This document shows positions 1 through 14,190 of a stretch of 64,000 nt of DNA, piece after piece. Position numbers and translations under genes: made by a program. This DNA comes from the human T2T-CHM13v2.0 reference genome, Homo sapiens: the NCBI RefSeq assembly GCF_009914755.1, contig NC_060947.1, one strand, 5' to 3'. Within the stretch, counting starts at the first letter, position 1. Each line of letters starts with the position of its first letter. The notes beneath the pieces are model-generated. The model saw only the letters and a list, made by a program, of their open reading frames with translations. It was not told the origin of the DNA and searched no databases.

Positions 1-1222
1 AGGGCTCATGTTCAAATTTTCTTTTACCCTAAAGACCACAAGTAAATGGATCGTACTTGGCAGTACATTTCGGAGCAGTTCACCCTTTTTCAACTAAAAC
101 CCAAACTGATTTAAATACATCACGTTTGAGAGACATGAATTTTGTTGTTAAGGTCACAGATGCCAAAGGCAGCCCAAAGCAGAATACATTATCAAATAAA
201 CAATTAGCAATACAAATATTTATCCAAAGTAGCCATATATAGCATTCTGTTGATCATTATAAAGTGTAGCATCTGGGGTAAGAGAGTTTAGAAATAGGTA
301 AGAAAGTAAAAGTCATCATATAAAATGTAACCCAGTAATTTTACATTTTAACTTAACACAGTAGGCCATGAAGAGCAAAATTTATTGTATCCAGTATGGT
401 AGGGAAATGGAGTAAAATAGATAATGGCCTTCAAAATTATTCTCAATTAACCAGAATATACAGACAACATTATTATTGACTATAATTTCATCTATAGTTT
501 TCAGCAATTCTTGCACAAAGTAGTCATTTAAAACTGTTTATTAAGTATATGAGATGTGCATTAGCAATTACCAAACATGATATAAAATAATTGATTAAGT
601 GTACATAAACCATAACTAGACCATAGCCTATCATGATTACTTTTATAATTCAGTAGGCACTTTAGAATATTTTAAGAGTTGAGGGTCATGATAGTTAACA
701 TCAATGATTATTGACGTCTATTTTGGTTAGAAATGAAAAAGTGTTAAGTCTTTCCTTGGCACAGGACAGGCCCAGGAAGATTAACTTTTTAGTAAATTAT
801 TGTCATCATTCTGCTTAGTTACTACTTGACTTTCATAGTTGCCAAGGTGCTGAAATTACACTTATTCAAATGTCCTAATGGTTTGGCTTTAATACAAGCA
901 AATATGTCTTGGCCTTTTGAGTTTCAAGACATATTCCCAAGACTTACAAGGTGTTTTATTAAATAATAAGTATTTCCTAAACATGGAATACTGTAATGCT
1001 TAACACCTAACCTCAGTTGATTCCAGAGTTTGCTATGAGAACTGACATGGTATCAGACAAAATAATAGTGTTGTTACCAGAATTACTTTAGTCAGTCAGT
1101 GTTTTCTTCCATGCCAGAATAAATAACATTAAAGTGGTACACATTTATGCAAGCTTATCTTTTCAAAAGGAAACACTTAAATAGTCATTATCTACTTAAT
1201 GATAAATATTTTATGCTTTAAA

Positions 1223-1527
<305 letters not shown>

Positions 1528-1611
1528 TTAAAAATTTGCTTTAACAAGGTTAGTTCCAAAAATAAGGCTATGTGTAAGTTTTTAACAACATAATAGATTT
1601 TTTTTAATGGC

Positions 1612-2118
1612 TGTGGATCAGTCAAAGTATTACCAGGAGACAAGATCTAACTCACTGTTTCAAGAGACTACTTAGAGACTAAGGGAACTAATTAGGGATG
1701 TGAAAGTTACCAGTAATGAACCACAATAAGAAGCCATTTCCTCCTTTAAGTTTGAAAATGCAAGGTGAGAGAATGGCGTTATTGAAGTTCAGAGAGAATT
1801 TGGAGCTGTGGAAGAGGGGCCACTCTATAAGAACTGTGACCATGGAGGAACCACAGTGAAACAGGGGAAGGGAATGTGGGTGGGGCTAAATGTAGGATCC
1901 TCTCTTCTCAGACTTCTTTCTCTACCTCTCTTCCAGCCTTCCAAGCTCCTGCTGGTGCCACCTAACTAGAAGTGAGAACCTAATTAAAAGCCTGGAAACG
2001 AGTTCCAGTAATTATTTTAGAAAAGATGAGCCTTCCAAGAGCACAGAGCAGATCAAGAAAGGGTAGAGAATGGATCTGCAGAAGAGAAGATAGGGACAAA
2101 CAGGGAATAAGTATCACA
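1612..2118 (-). mobile_element. Old ERVL-class solo LTR, LTR33-like
   Basis: TG...CA termini. Motifs CTCCTGCTGGTGCC and GCACAGAGCAG...GGGTAGAGAATGGATCTG resemble the LTR33 family as I recall it. Confidence 0.45.
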
Positions 2119-2639
2119 GCTTCAGAAGGTGAAACATCTTTTTTCTTGAGCACATCTGGGCTTCAAACCAATTTTTGAAAGCAAATAATGCCAGCTTCTA
2201 TTTTAATGCACTAGTCAGTTATCTTGGGATCTTTGAAATCCTAAAACTTAGAGACTGAAAACAACCAGTTTGAAACACACAATGTGAGGACAACAGTTCT
2301 TCCAAATGGGTAGAAGAACTAAAGTAGCACTTTTCAGAGTGACTAAGATCCACTTTGCTTATAAATCAATAAATGAAATATCTGTAGATCATTTTGTGTT
2401 TTAGTGTTTTTATTCCCTATTTTTCTTGAAATAAAAAGCCCTTTCAGTTTATAATTTGTTTAGAAAAATAGAAGCTTTCTTATTATATGGAACATGGCAG
2501 TGCAAGTGTACTGATAAAGTGGTAACTAATGTTCATTGTCAGTATTGGGAGAAAAATCTGGTGTGAAAAGACTGGCACCAAATCAGAGTGTACGTGCCCT
2601 ATCTACAGAGGGCAGTCACTAATCAATGACAGATTATTA

Positions 2640-2790
2640 TTATTATTTGTCAAATGCTTAATATGTACCAGGCTCTCTTGGTATATTATCTAATTTAGTT
2701 CTAATAACAATTATATGAATTAGATATCATTATCTTCCTTTTGCAGATGAGGAAATAAAAACTCAGAAATAAAATAACTTCTGTGCAGGG
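2640..2790 (-). mobile_element. MIR SINE fragment
   Basis: MIR core TTTTGCAGATGAGGAAA...ACTCAGA in antisense. Confidence 0.75.
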
Positions 2791-2879
2791 ATGTGAGTTT
2801 AGTTTTGTCAGATTTTATAAGTTTTCTTTTTTTTAAAAAAATAACCATTTTATTGTTATTTATTTTCCTTTTTTTCCTT

Positions 2880-4570
2880 TTTTATTCAGCCATTATTTCT
2901 TCATATAAGATCTCTGCTTCTTTCCCTGCTTTTTGTCCTCTGATTCTCATAATGCAAATATTAGTCTCCTTTGAAGTTCACCATAAGTCCCTTAGGCCAT
3001 CTTTGCTTTAGTTTATTCTTATTTTATATAAAAGAGTATTTTTATTTTTAATTTTTGTGGGTACGTAGTAGGTATATATATATATGTATATATGGAATAT
3101 ATGAAATATTTTGTTACAGGCATACAATGTGTAATAATCACATCAGGATATATGAGGTATTCATTACCTGAAGCATTTATCATTTCTTTTTGTTACCAAC
3201 ATCCTAATTATACTCTTTAGTTATTTAAAAATGTGTAATGGATTATTGTTGACTGTAGTTGCCCTGTTGTGCTATCAAATACTAGATCTTATTCATTCTA
3301 TCTAAGTATACTTTTGTACCAATTAACCATCCCACTTTCCCCACCTGCGTCCCCTCCGCCTTGCAGCCTCTGGTAGCCATCATTCTACTGTCTATCTCCA
3401 TGAGTTTGTTTTAATTTTTACCTCCCAAAGATTAGTGAGAACATGTGAAGTTTGTCTTTCTGTGCCTGGGTTGTTTTACTTAACATAATTTCCTCCAGTT
3501 CCATCCATGTTGTTTCTAATTACAGAATCTCATTCTTTTTTATAGCTGAATGGTAATTCATTGTGTATATAGCCCCCTTTTCTTTATCCATTCATCTATT
3601 GATGCTCACTTCAGTCATTCTTGTTTTTTTCTCCTTTGACTCAATGATTTCAAATAATCTGTCTTCAAGTTTGCTGATTCTTTTTACTAATAAAATCTAC
3701 TGTTAAACCTCTCTAATGAATTTTTTAGCTCAGTTATTTTCCAATTCCAAAATTTATGTTTGATTCTTTCTAAGTAATTATCTCCTTATTGATATTTTAT
3801 TTTGTTCATTCATTTTTTCCTGATTTTTTTTGTCTGTTTTCTTTTAAGTTATTGATCATTTTATGACAGTTATTTCAAATTCTTCTTCGGGCAGTTCATA
3901 GATTTGCATTTCTTTAGGTCTGATTTCTGGAATTTTATCTTATTCCTTTAATTGGGCCATGTTGCTTGTTCCTTTGTATGGCTCATTAATTTTTGCCGCA
4001 GTTTCGGCATTCGAAATAACAATAGTCACTCCCGATCGTTGTACAGGGGAAGACCTTCGGCAATCTTCCCTGCTGGAAATTCTAGGACCTCTCAGACATT
4101 TTCTCATGTCTTACTTCCCCTTGCATCTGCCCCTGGAGCTGCAGCTCGAATGTGCTCCTTGCCTCTGTTCTCAGCAGTTTCCAAATTGGTATCAGTCCTA
4201 TCAGCAGTCTATGTCAAGTGGAACAGAAAACAATCCCTCAGGTAGCACCCACAGAAGCCAGTACATTGTTGGGTCTATGGTCCACTCTCTTGTTTTTGTC
4301 CTGAGGGAGAAACCTCATTATGGCAGATTTCTTCCCAGTTGCTCCACATTGTGCTATATGGGAGACAGACATAAAAGGTTGTGCCAAATGTTACAAAGTT
4401 GCTTATTCCTTTTGTTGGAATCCATTCTTGTTTTTACAGTTGCCTGAGTACTTTAGCTTCTCACCAGGTCTCTACAGTTCTCACAGAGGTATTCCGGCAC
4501 ATATATTGTTGTTAACCCAGTGTCTCTGTGAGGGGAGGAAGGGCTGTAGCTTACTGTTTCACTCTCTTGA
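2880..4570 (-). mobile_element. Ancient L1M 5' portion (ORF1 start and 5'UTR), interrupted at ~3038-3610
   Basis: Antisense ORF1-type text TTTCAAATAATCTGTCTTCAAGTTTGCTGATTCTTT continues on both sides of the nested element. Confidence 0.6.
3038..3610 (-). mobile_element. L1MA (MA2/MA3-like) 3' end nested in L1M
   Basis: TTTTAATTTTTGTGGGTACGTAGTAGG...TACAGGCATACAATGTGTAATAATCACATC is the typical antisense L1MA 3' terminus. Confidence 0.85.
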
Positions 4571-5261
4571 ATATTCTTAGTTATTCTGAATACCACTAAC
4601 GTTATTTGTATCCATAGGGTGATTATTGGTCTACAATTGACACCAACCCCAGACTGAAACAGAGACAGAGAAGCTAAAACTGTTGCATGTTTACCTGTGA
4701 GTCCTGGGGGTGGGGATGATTTAACACTTATTTAGCCTAATTATAGTGAATTCTCTAACATTTGAACCAGGGAGTTATATCATTCCAAAAGTACTCTTAA
4801 GTGTGGATTGAGGGGTTTGACACTGAAGGAGATACCAGATCAGATCTTCGCTCTGCTCTGGGTCTTAATACTATCTATGAAGAAGTCTCTCTCACTCATG
4901 AGATTCAGATTATTAATAACTAAGGGTAATTCCTATATCTTGTTCTTCCAGGGTTTAATGCCACTGTATACCCCAAATTAGACACCAATCCAACCCCTTG
5001 TAGGAGTTTTCTAGAGAACTGGGGACATTGGCCCATCAGTATGTGAAACCTCTATACTTTTCCCCCAGATCAATCAATTAAAGAGTTGTTCTTGCAGCTA
5101 GAGGGGGGTAGTTGTGGTGGAAGGGTTACTTTTTATTGTACGGTAGAATAACCTCAAGTAACATCACCAATTATATTTTCATCCTCATACATTAAGAGGG
5201 CATTTGAGCCAGTCTCCAATTTAGTAATAGAAGGAACAAAAGCATAATTTTAAGGGTAGGG

Positions 5262-5470
5262 ATTCCAGAGACAATCCAGTTGGGTTCAAATCTGAATTTT
5301 TTTATGTACTGGCTGCATAACCTTAGGTAGGTTAAATAACTTTTCTATGCCATCTGTAAAATAGGGGTCATGATAATACTTACCTCACATAGTTGGAAGG
5401 ATTAAATGAGTTATACGTAAAGCACCTGTAAATGTGCCTGGCATATAATAAGTATGCATTAGCTATTATC
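5262..5470 (+). mobile_element. MIR SINE
   Basis: GGGTTCAAATC...CATCTGTAAAATAGGG...GGATTAAATGAG...GTGCCTGGCATATAATAAG. Confidence 0.85.
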
Positions 5471-5809
5471 AATATTGAAAATTTTTAAAGAAAGGATACT
5501 TGAGCACTTCCACCCTGAGGCCCCTTGTGGATTGGCATTATGAACTACCTTACTATGGTCAGCTCTCCTCTTGTAGTATTTACGATTAAGAATCTCTTCT
5601 TTATTGGTCAATGTATGCAAACAAACTAATTTCTGTATACAACTATAGCACTGATTTATGTTGAAAGTACAAAGCTGCTGTCATGAATTCAATATACAGT
5701 GTGACAAGAAATGGTTTGACCCAGTAGAAATGACACACCTTCCCTTTATCTCTGTTTTCCCTTTCCACTTCATTCAGGTATAATTGTGTTCTAGAATGTA
5801 CCCTGGACT

Positions 5810-5950
5810 AAGGGCCTAATACATCCCTTTATAGCTATGTTACTGAGTAAACAGCCTCTCTGAGTAAGCATTCATCTCATTTATAAAATGGTATTGAACC
5901 ATCCCTTACTGCCTGGTAGGGTTGTAGTTAGTGAGGCAATAAGATAGTGG
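5810..5950 (+). mobile_element. Degenerate MIR fragment
   Basis: CTCTCTGAG...TCATCTCATTTATAAAATGG...AGGGTTGTAG core similarity. Confidence 0.5.
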
Positions 5951-8019
5951 AAAATTATATCATTACATTGCAAGGAAAGATGAATGTAATGCATGCTTAA
6001 TTTCATCTATACCACATAGCTACTCCAGCACTACTCCTACCACCACCATGGCTTATTCCTATTTTTCCTTCATGTCATTTCTCCAGAAAACATTTCCCTA
6101 AATAGTCCAAACTAGACCATTTTCATTATGTTTTATAGTATCATTCTGTTTATTTTTACATTACTTATCATGATTTGTAATTATAATTTTATTTATTGAT
6201 TAACCAGTTTAATGTCTGTATCTTTTAGCGTGACGCCCCCTCATTTGTGGTCATTATGCAATAGACAGTATGGTAGCATTTTATGGAGTTTTGAGGGTAA
6301 TTGGGGAGTGAGGTTCAACTTTCTTTTTTTTTTTTAACTTTCTATTTCCCCAAAGCAACATAGCTACAGACCATTTTAATGTGCCACTTATGCTACCTGT
6401 TCTACTCTTTTTATTTTCCTTCCTCCACTGGAACTCATTTTTTCCCTTCTCATTTCTCCTCAGATGCAGACGTGACCTGGGTAGGGGGAGAATTTTTTAA
6501 AAAGACTCAGAGTTTAGAAAACACAAACAGGCCACCTTGATTTCTTTTCTTCTTTCCTGCTTCAAGTCCTGTGTGATGTAAATACTATAGTGTGGAAATA
6601 TCCTGCTTGTGGGCTTGTAATTCTTTCAAAATACTGCCAACTGTTAACACCATCACCTTTTCTAGCTATAATAAGGAAATTAAGCAGTGCATTTTTTTTA
6701 GGTTAGTAAATGGGATCTTTAGGACTCTCAAAACAAAAGGTTGACAGTTTAAGGGAACATGTGTTCAGAGTGGGAACACAGGCTGTGAACTAAACTCCTG
6801 TGAGGAAATAAATTAATGTATTTGCCTGGAGACTTTCTGTGCCTGAGGTTGACAAATTGATGAATTCTACATGCTTACCCTTTCTCTCAGTCACTCCATG
6901 AAATTTCTAAAAAATATCTACTAGGATGTCTTCCATTTGTGTTCTTCAAATGTATGACTTGAATCAGCAGGTTTTTAAAAAATCTCTGTCACATGTATCT
7001 CTCTTATTAGAATCCAGAAACCACAGAGAGGCTTATTGCTTATCTATGTGGAAATTGTAAAGAAATAAAAAAGAAAGAGATGTAAATTGATTTTACAATG
7101 GTGGAGCTCACCTTAGTTCCAGTAACCCAGTGCCCCCAAACACACTGCAGCAAATTTCAGTTTTCCAGCCCTACCACCACCTCTGCCATCTATCAAGAGG
7201 CTATGTGATGCTATTTAATTAACCTGGAGCTGCTTCTGCTGTTGCTGTTTCTCAGCTCTTGGTGTCTGTAGGTGTTCAGATACCCCATACTTCTCTATGA
7301 GTTCAGTCATTAAAAAAGACTTCTCTTTTTCCAGGAGTTTGTGGCCTTCATAAATTAAACAGGCCAATTTGCTGCACAGATCCTTCTTTTAGCTAATAGG
7401 TTTCTCCAGGCTTCCTGTGTAAATTATTGCTTCAACTAGTTTTTGCTTAAGCAGCTTCTCTAGAGCCCCAAGAGGTCTCTGATACAAATGCTGTCCATGG
7501 TAAATGAGGAGTTTGATTTGTTTCTTTCCTTTGATTTTTGCAAAGATCATAAATGCAGAGAATGTTGACTAAAGTATTAATTTTCCCTGTATCTGCTAGT
7601 CTTACTTTGAAATGAGACTAGCTTGCCATGGGAATCAATTTCAAATATGTTTCTAATTATGTGATTTCTGTTTATTTGGTATAACTGTTAGAAAGAATTG
7701 CCTGTTTCTGTCCACTTCAGCTCACTGTGTTATCCAGTCTCTGATTTCTTTGAAGGAAAATGAGGGGGAAAATATACCATGCATCTGAATGGATTATAAT
7801 ATATAAACCAAGGAGGGGGTAGAGTTTGCAAAACTTATACATTAATTTTTTAGAGCCAACACTTGAGGAACAGAACAATAAGTACTAGGAGAGAAAAGGA
7901 GGGAAATGAGAAAAGTTAGACCAGATTACTCTAAAGAAGTTTGTCCTTGCTAAGATTTCACATATCAGAAATAAAATTTCTGAAGAACTCAAACCTAATG
8001 ATTACAAAGATAGATTTTT

Positions 8020-9335
8020 AATTTTTTTTCTTTTTAAGTTGTACCTATTTATGGGTACATAGTGACTTTTTGATACATATAATATGTAATGGTTGGATCA
8101 GGGTAATTAACACATCAATCTCAAACATTTATCATTTTTTTTGCATTGACAACATTTAATATCTTCTTTCTAGCTATTTGAAACTATATATTGCTGTTAA
8201 CTATAGTAATTCAAAAGTGTCATAAAATACTAGAACTTATGCTCCCTATCTGGTTGTAATTTGTTGTTCCTTAACAAATTTCTCCCTATGCATCTCTTCC
8301 TCTTACCCTCCCCAGCCTCTAATATCCTCTGTTCTACTTTTTACTTCTATAAAATCAACTTTTTTTTAGCTCCCACATGTGAATGAGAACATGTAGTATT
8401 TAATTTTATGTTCCTGGCTTATTTTACTTAACATAACGTCTTCTTGTTCAATTCATGTTGCTGTGAATGACAGGATTTTATTCTTTTTTATGGCTAACCA
8501 GTATTCCACTGTGTGTATATGCTACATTTTCTTTATTCAGTCAACCGTTGATGGACTCTTAGGTTGGTTCTATATCTTGGATATTGTGAATAGTGCTGCA
8601 ATGAACATGGGGCTGTAGGTGTCTTTTCAATATACTTTTAAAAATATATACCCAGTAGTGGGATTGCTGGATCATGTGGTAGTTCTGTTTATAGTTTTTT
8701 AAGGAACTTCCATCTTGTTGTCCATAGTGCCTGAGACAGTTTACATTCCCACCAATAGTGTATAAGAATTTCCTTTTCTCTGTATCTTTGCTGGCATTTA
8801 TTTTTTGTCTTTTTGATAATAGCCATCCTAACTGGTTTGAGATGATACTTCATCGTGGTTTGCAGAAGAATGAAACAAGCCCCCTCTTACGACCCTTTAC
8901 AAAAATTAACTTAAAATGTATCAAAGATCTAAATATAAGACCGAAATTCTGAAACTAATAGAAGAAAACATGCTTCAAGACATTGGTCTGGGAAAATATT
9001 TTATGGGTAAGACCTCAAAAGCAAAAGCAACAAAACCATTTTTTAAATGGGATTATGTCAAACTAAAGAGCTTCTGCACAGCAAGGGAAACAACAGAGTA
9101 AAAAGATAACATATAGAATGGGAGAAAATATTTGAAAACTACTGATAAGACAGGGGATTAATATCCAGAATATACAAGAAACTCAAACATTTCAGCACCA
9201 AAACCCAAACAATCCCATTTTAAAAATGGGCAAATGATCTGAACAGACATTTCTCAAAAGAAGACAAAAAAATGGCTAACAAAGATATGAAAACTGCTCA
9301 ACATCACTAATCATCAGGGACAGGCAAATCAAAAA
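8020..9335 (-). mobile_element. L1MA (MA4/MA5-like) with 5' inversion: minus 8020-8862, plus 8861-9335
   Basis: Antisense 3' end runs to CATCGTGGTTTG, then sense ORF2 (TGCAGAAGAATGAAAC to CAGGCAAATCAAAA). The two parts abut in L1 coordinates at the MQIKTT codons. Confidence 0.8.
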
Positions 9336-9424
9336 ATATTTTTAATTCACAAATAATAATTGTACATATTAAATAAATAAACAAATATTTGTAGCAACCA
9401 AAAAAAATTGAAGATAAAGTTTGA

Positions 9425-9640
9425 AGTTGGGCAGATTTGAGTGTGGTAACTTATTCTGCTGCATTACCTATGTTTCCTTGGCTATGTCTCTACTCTTTAT
9501 TTGTGAAATGGGTGTACTAATAGTAGTACTATTCCACAGGGTTATAGTAAGGGGTAAATTTAAAAATGTATGTAAAGTGCATCGTACAGTGCTTGGCTTA
9601 TAGGAAGCATTCATTAAATGATAGCTGTTACTGTTACTAT
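9425..9640 (+). mobile_element. MIR SINE
   Basis: TTTGTGAAATGGG...ATGTATGTAAAGTGC...ACAGTGCTTGGCTTATAGGAAGCATTCATTAAATGATAGCTG. Confidence 0.75.
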
Positions 9641-9967
9641 CATTATAAGCAGGCTAGATATATAGAATTAACATACTACATATTTTTCATCACATAAGAA
9701 GTAGTTAAAACTGATTTCATCACTTATATACCTGTGCAGTACTGAAAAACATCAGTGAAAATGTCTGTATCTCAGTTTTCTTGAATATCAAATATGCATA
9801 AGGATAGTCCCTACCACGTACAGTTTTAAAATTAAATAATATAACCTAGGTGAAATTTCAATTTTAACATTCTGGTACTACAGTAATTGCTGAAAAAATG
9901 TTAGTGGTTATTTCCATTACTCACTTGACCCCGGAAATCACTATCCTGTGGTTTCAAAATAAAGATT

Positions 9968-12500
9968 TTCATTTATTTTATTATCAAACATTTATTAAGC
10001 ACCTACTTTGTACCAGACACTATTCTGACTATAGATACATCAACAAATAAAACTGAATATTACTAATCTTTTTGTACTTTTATTTTTTGAGGCAAGGATG
10101 CTAAACCCAATAAATAAGTACATTATGTAGTATATTAGAAGACATTAAGTACCGTGGGATAAAAAATGAGTAGGGTAAGGGATTGGGAGTGCTAGAATAA
10201 AAAGGAATAAGTGGTTACAAAATTCATTATGCAATGAGGGTAAGCCTTTCTGAAAAAATATCATTTGAGCAAAAATTTTAAAGAGTAGAGGAAGAAAGCC
10301 ATGTAACTACCTAGAAAAAGTGTTCCTGGTAGCAGTAACATCCAGGAAAAACCTGATGTAACGGTAAATCTGGTATGTTAAACTAACAAATTTTCAGTAT
10401 GCTTAAACTAGAATTATCATGGAGAAGGAATGTAGGAGATGATGTCAAAGAAGTTCAGGTGCCCAGATTGTGTATGGCCTGTACATCAATGTATGAAATT
10501 TGGCTTTTACTTTGAGTGAGGCCAGAAGCTGTTGGAGGGATTTGAGCAAAGAAGAGATGTAAGTTGATTTATCTTTCAAATAGATCACTACGGCTGCTAT
10601 ATGAAACATAGACCATGAAGGGATGATAAGCATGGAAGCAGGGTAACCAGTAAGAGAGCTATTAAAATAATCCAAAAGAAATGATGGACACTTGTACTAG
10701 AGTGGTACGAATGGAAGTGGTGAGATCTGGTTGGATTCTGAATAGTTTGAAAGTAGAACTGACAGGGTTTACTTACCCATAGGATATATGCTGTATACAA
10801 GAAAGGGAAACCATGAACAATGTCAAGGATTTTTGGCTTAAATGGAATTGCCATTAATGGAGTGTAGTGGACAGACTTTAAGATGGCACCATGTGATTCA
10901 GGCCTATGGCTCTTCACATCTTCTTATAATTGCCTTCTCTTGAGTGAGAGAGGAACCAGTGACTTCCTCCTAACCAATAGAATATGAAAAAAAAAATGAT
11001 GATAGTAACTTTTAGGATTACATTACAGATATGATAGTCACTTCCATCCTGCTAACAGACTCTCTCCCTTGCTGGCTCTGATGAGGCAAGTAGATGTATT
11101 AGAGAGGTCCATGTGACAAAAAAAGAAAAAAAAAAACAGAGTGGCTTCTGGCAGGTAGCCAGCAAGTCTCTGAATCCTATCAAAAACAATGTGAGCTTGG
11201 AAGTGGATCCTTCTCATGTTAACCTTTTAGATTAGACCCCAAGCCTTGCTGATACCCTGATTGCAACCTTGTGAAAGGCACTGAAAGCAGAAAACTCAGC
11301 AAAGCTCTTTCCTGATCCACAGAAACTATAAAATAATAAGTTTGTGTTGTGCTAAGCGACTAAATGTCTTGTAAATTTTTATGCAGCAATAGATTATGAA
11401 TTAAGAAAGGAAACAAATTTGTGGAAGTGAAGGTCAGGAACTACATGTTGAACATGTTAAGCTTGAGTTGCCTATTAGACATACAGGTGAAGATGCTGGA
11501 TATGGGAGTCTGTATTTCAGGGGAGATGTCTAAGAAGAGGATAAAAATTTGAGTCAGCAATGTACAGATTGGATTTAAAAACATAAAATAGATGAGATCA
11601 CCTATGAAGTGATTGTAGAGAAAGAAACAGTTCAAGGAGTGAGCCCTGGAATAGTCCATAGTAAATAAATGTAGAGAAGAGAAAAAACTAGAAAAAGTAA
11701 CTTGAAAAGTTAATAATGTAAGAGGAAAATCAAGACAGTATGGTATCCTGAAATAAAAGTGTTTCCAGGGGGAAAGTAGTGATATAGAGTGCAAAGTGTT
11801 ACTGATATGTTCAAGAAACATGAGGGATGAGAATTGACTGTGGGAATTACCAGTAGTTAATAATCTTACTTGTAAAAGTTAGCTTGGAGTAAATTCAGGA
11901 GAGAATGACTAAAGAGGAGTTGATGACAGTTGGTATAGACAATTCTTTTAAGGAGTATTACTATTAGAGGGAAGCAGAGAAATGAGTCAGTAGCTGGTGG
12001 AGGTAGTGGGGTTCAACGAAGGGGTTTTTTTCTCCCATAAAAGAAAAATTATGAATGATTCAATAGACAGAAAAAATGGGTGATATAGTAGAGAGAGGAC
12101 ACTGCTGAAATAGTCTTTGAGTGGGTAAGATGGGATGGGATCTAATGCATAAGAGAATGGATTGACATTAGTTATGAATACAGGGAAGTCACTTACTATA
12201 CTAGAAGAGAAAGAAGAGTATATGATTTTAGATGCAGATAAGCAGGAGGAGGTGGTGGGTGTTTTGAAAACTTCTGATTGCATTAAGTCTTTTCAGTGAA
12301 GTAGGAAAAAAGCATCAGCTCAGAGTGAGGTTGAAGAATGAGGTGCTAAAAGTGTGAGAAGAAAAAAATGTGAAATAATAATTTAGGAAGATATCTGAGT
12401 GAATGAACTAGAAAAACAAGATAAAATTGTAGGGCAGCATTAAAGGCCTACTCGAAATTTGTGTCCTTGTATTTGTGGATATGTCTTCTTCTCCAGACAT
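9968..12500 (-). mobile_element. L2 LINE, interrupted by an MLT1 LTR
   Basis: Antisense L2 tail CAAACATTTATTAAGCACCTAC. Typical L2 body (GGATTTGAGCAAAG...AGATCACT; GAGTTGCCTATTAGACAT) continues after 11405. Confidence 0.8.
10863..11403 (+). mobile_element. MaLR solo LTR, MLT1E/F-like
   Basis: Starts TGTAGTGGACAGAC, contains TTGAGTG...GTGACTT...TAACCAATAGAATATG, ends ATGCAGCAATAG. Confidence 0.8.
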
Positions 12501-13713
12501 GTTCAGCTCCATGGTTACAGGCACTGAAGAGGTGAATAATTTGATTTAACCAAAATACCATAACTCACAGAAACCAATGGTCCACATTAGGAGGAAATTT
12601 TCCATTATTCTTCTCCATGGATGTTCTCAAAGACCTCCTAGATTTCCTAGTCTATACATTGGTTTTCTTAACACTATCCATCTTCCAAAATTGTTGGAGC
12701 CTAACCTTCACCAATGCTGACGTCTCTACAACTCATTCTGCTAGTCATAGTTGTCTTGAGTGTTACCTCGCTTCTAGTTGGAGAGCATGGAGGTCGTCCC
12801 TAAAGCCTGGAAAATCCTGGCAGAATTAAAATAAAGTCCCTGCTCACCACTAGATATAAATATCATCACCTCAGAATCGAAGAAATCTAAATGCCCCATT
12901 CACCATTTTTCTCTTTAAATTTGAAGGGAGAAAGATCTTTTTTTAAACTATTGCGCTTATTCAGAGATAACCCATCTGTAAAATTGCTCACTCTATATTA
13001 GAAAATATTTTAATCATATTTTCTAAAGCATACATACAACCATTTATGAGGCAGTGTTTGTGGTGCCAGCATAGCAGTGTCAGGAACAAGTCTAAAATAG
13101 TCATGCACTATGTCCAGAATCAGATCTTCCTTTCAATGATTTAATCCTGTATATTAAGTTTGGTATATCAATTAAGGCTTCTTCTTGTCTTCCAGGCTCA
13201 AAATATTTTCTGCCAAGTTGTATTAGCTGGGGTCATTTCAGTCTATCAGACATGGTTACGTCAACTAACCTTGACGTTACCTGGGAAAAAGCTGGGTATT
13301 TACCAATTCTTCTCCTAGGAGCTTCCTAAAGCCTATGAAAACCTGTAAATAAAAATAGACATTTGTGGTAGGGGTCTGGCTTCAGCCACCAAAAACATTG
13401 CAACTCAGGGCCCTTACAAAGCCTATAATGTTCAACTATGTCTTTAGCTTCCATTAGTATTAGATATGAAACTTACTTCCATGCACTAAAAGGAGGCACT
13501 CAGATGTTTTCCCCCAAATTAAAGAGACAGTTTGTTTCAAGGATAAATTTCCATTTATATATCACATCGCAGAGATTACCATCAGCCACTAAAATGGCAG
13601 TTTTCCAGATTGAATAAGTGGAAGATTCTGACTAAACTAGGAACCCCATTACTTTATTATTATTGCTGAGTAATAATAATAAGCAAGCCCTTATATTTGT
13701 ATAGCTCAGTATA

Positions 13714-13860
13714 TTAGTGGTTGGCAAACCATTATTAAGTACAGATTCATGGACCTCACTCTACATTCACTGAATCAGGGTATCTGGGGATGTATCCCAG
13801 GAATATAATTTTATCCAGATTCCAGAATGATTCTGAAATAAATTCAGTTTTAAGACTCCC
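13714..13860. mobile_element. MER5-like hAT DNA transposon fossil
   Basis: AGTGGTT..CAAAC ... CAGATTC..GGACC ... ACTGAATCAG...TCTGGGG...CCCAGGAAT ... TGATTCTG ... AGTTTTAAGAC. Confidence 0.65.
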
Positions 13861-13974
13861 ATGGTTATGCTTTTTAAGTATGACTATATATTTTCTTCTT
13901 TCCTTTTTCCATAACTCCCTTCCTCCCTCCTTTCTTCTTTTGTTTCTTCCTTCTTAAATTAATTCACTCGTTTC

Positions 13975-14190
13975 CTCATGCATTTATTCATTTATAAAAC
14001 AAATATTTATTGAGTGCCTACTAAGTGCCAGACACTTTGGGGATACAACAATGAATATGACAAACATGAATACTGCCTTAATGGAATTTATATTCAAGTA
14101 AGGGGAAATATTGACTTTAAATAAGTAATTAGAAATAAGTGAGAAAAACATTAAAGAGAAGCATATAATGCCATAGGAGTGTACAACATA
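13975..14190 (-). mobile_element. L2 3' fragment
   Basis: AACAAATATTTATTGAGTGCCTACTAAGTGCCAGACAC. Confidence 0.8.

Noticed and set aside
3952-4580. Three overlapping ORFs of 86-162 aa
   Set aside because: They lie in the antisense 5'UTR of an old L1, with no recognisable domain and non-ATG starts for two of them.
6441-6486. Possible micro-exon (pyrimidine tract, CAG, then GGGTAGG)
   Set aside because: Such motifs are common by chance, and there is no coding or transcript support.
8014-9347. ATTTTTAATT as TSD of the inverted L1MA
   Set aside because: It is low-complexity and cannot be distinguished from the T-tail or another L1 end.
12617-12829. 70 aa ATG ORF in unique DNA
   Set aside because: It is short, resembles no protein I know and has no splice or promoter context.
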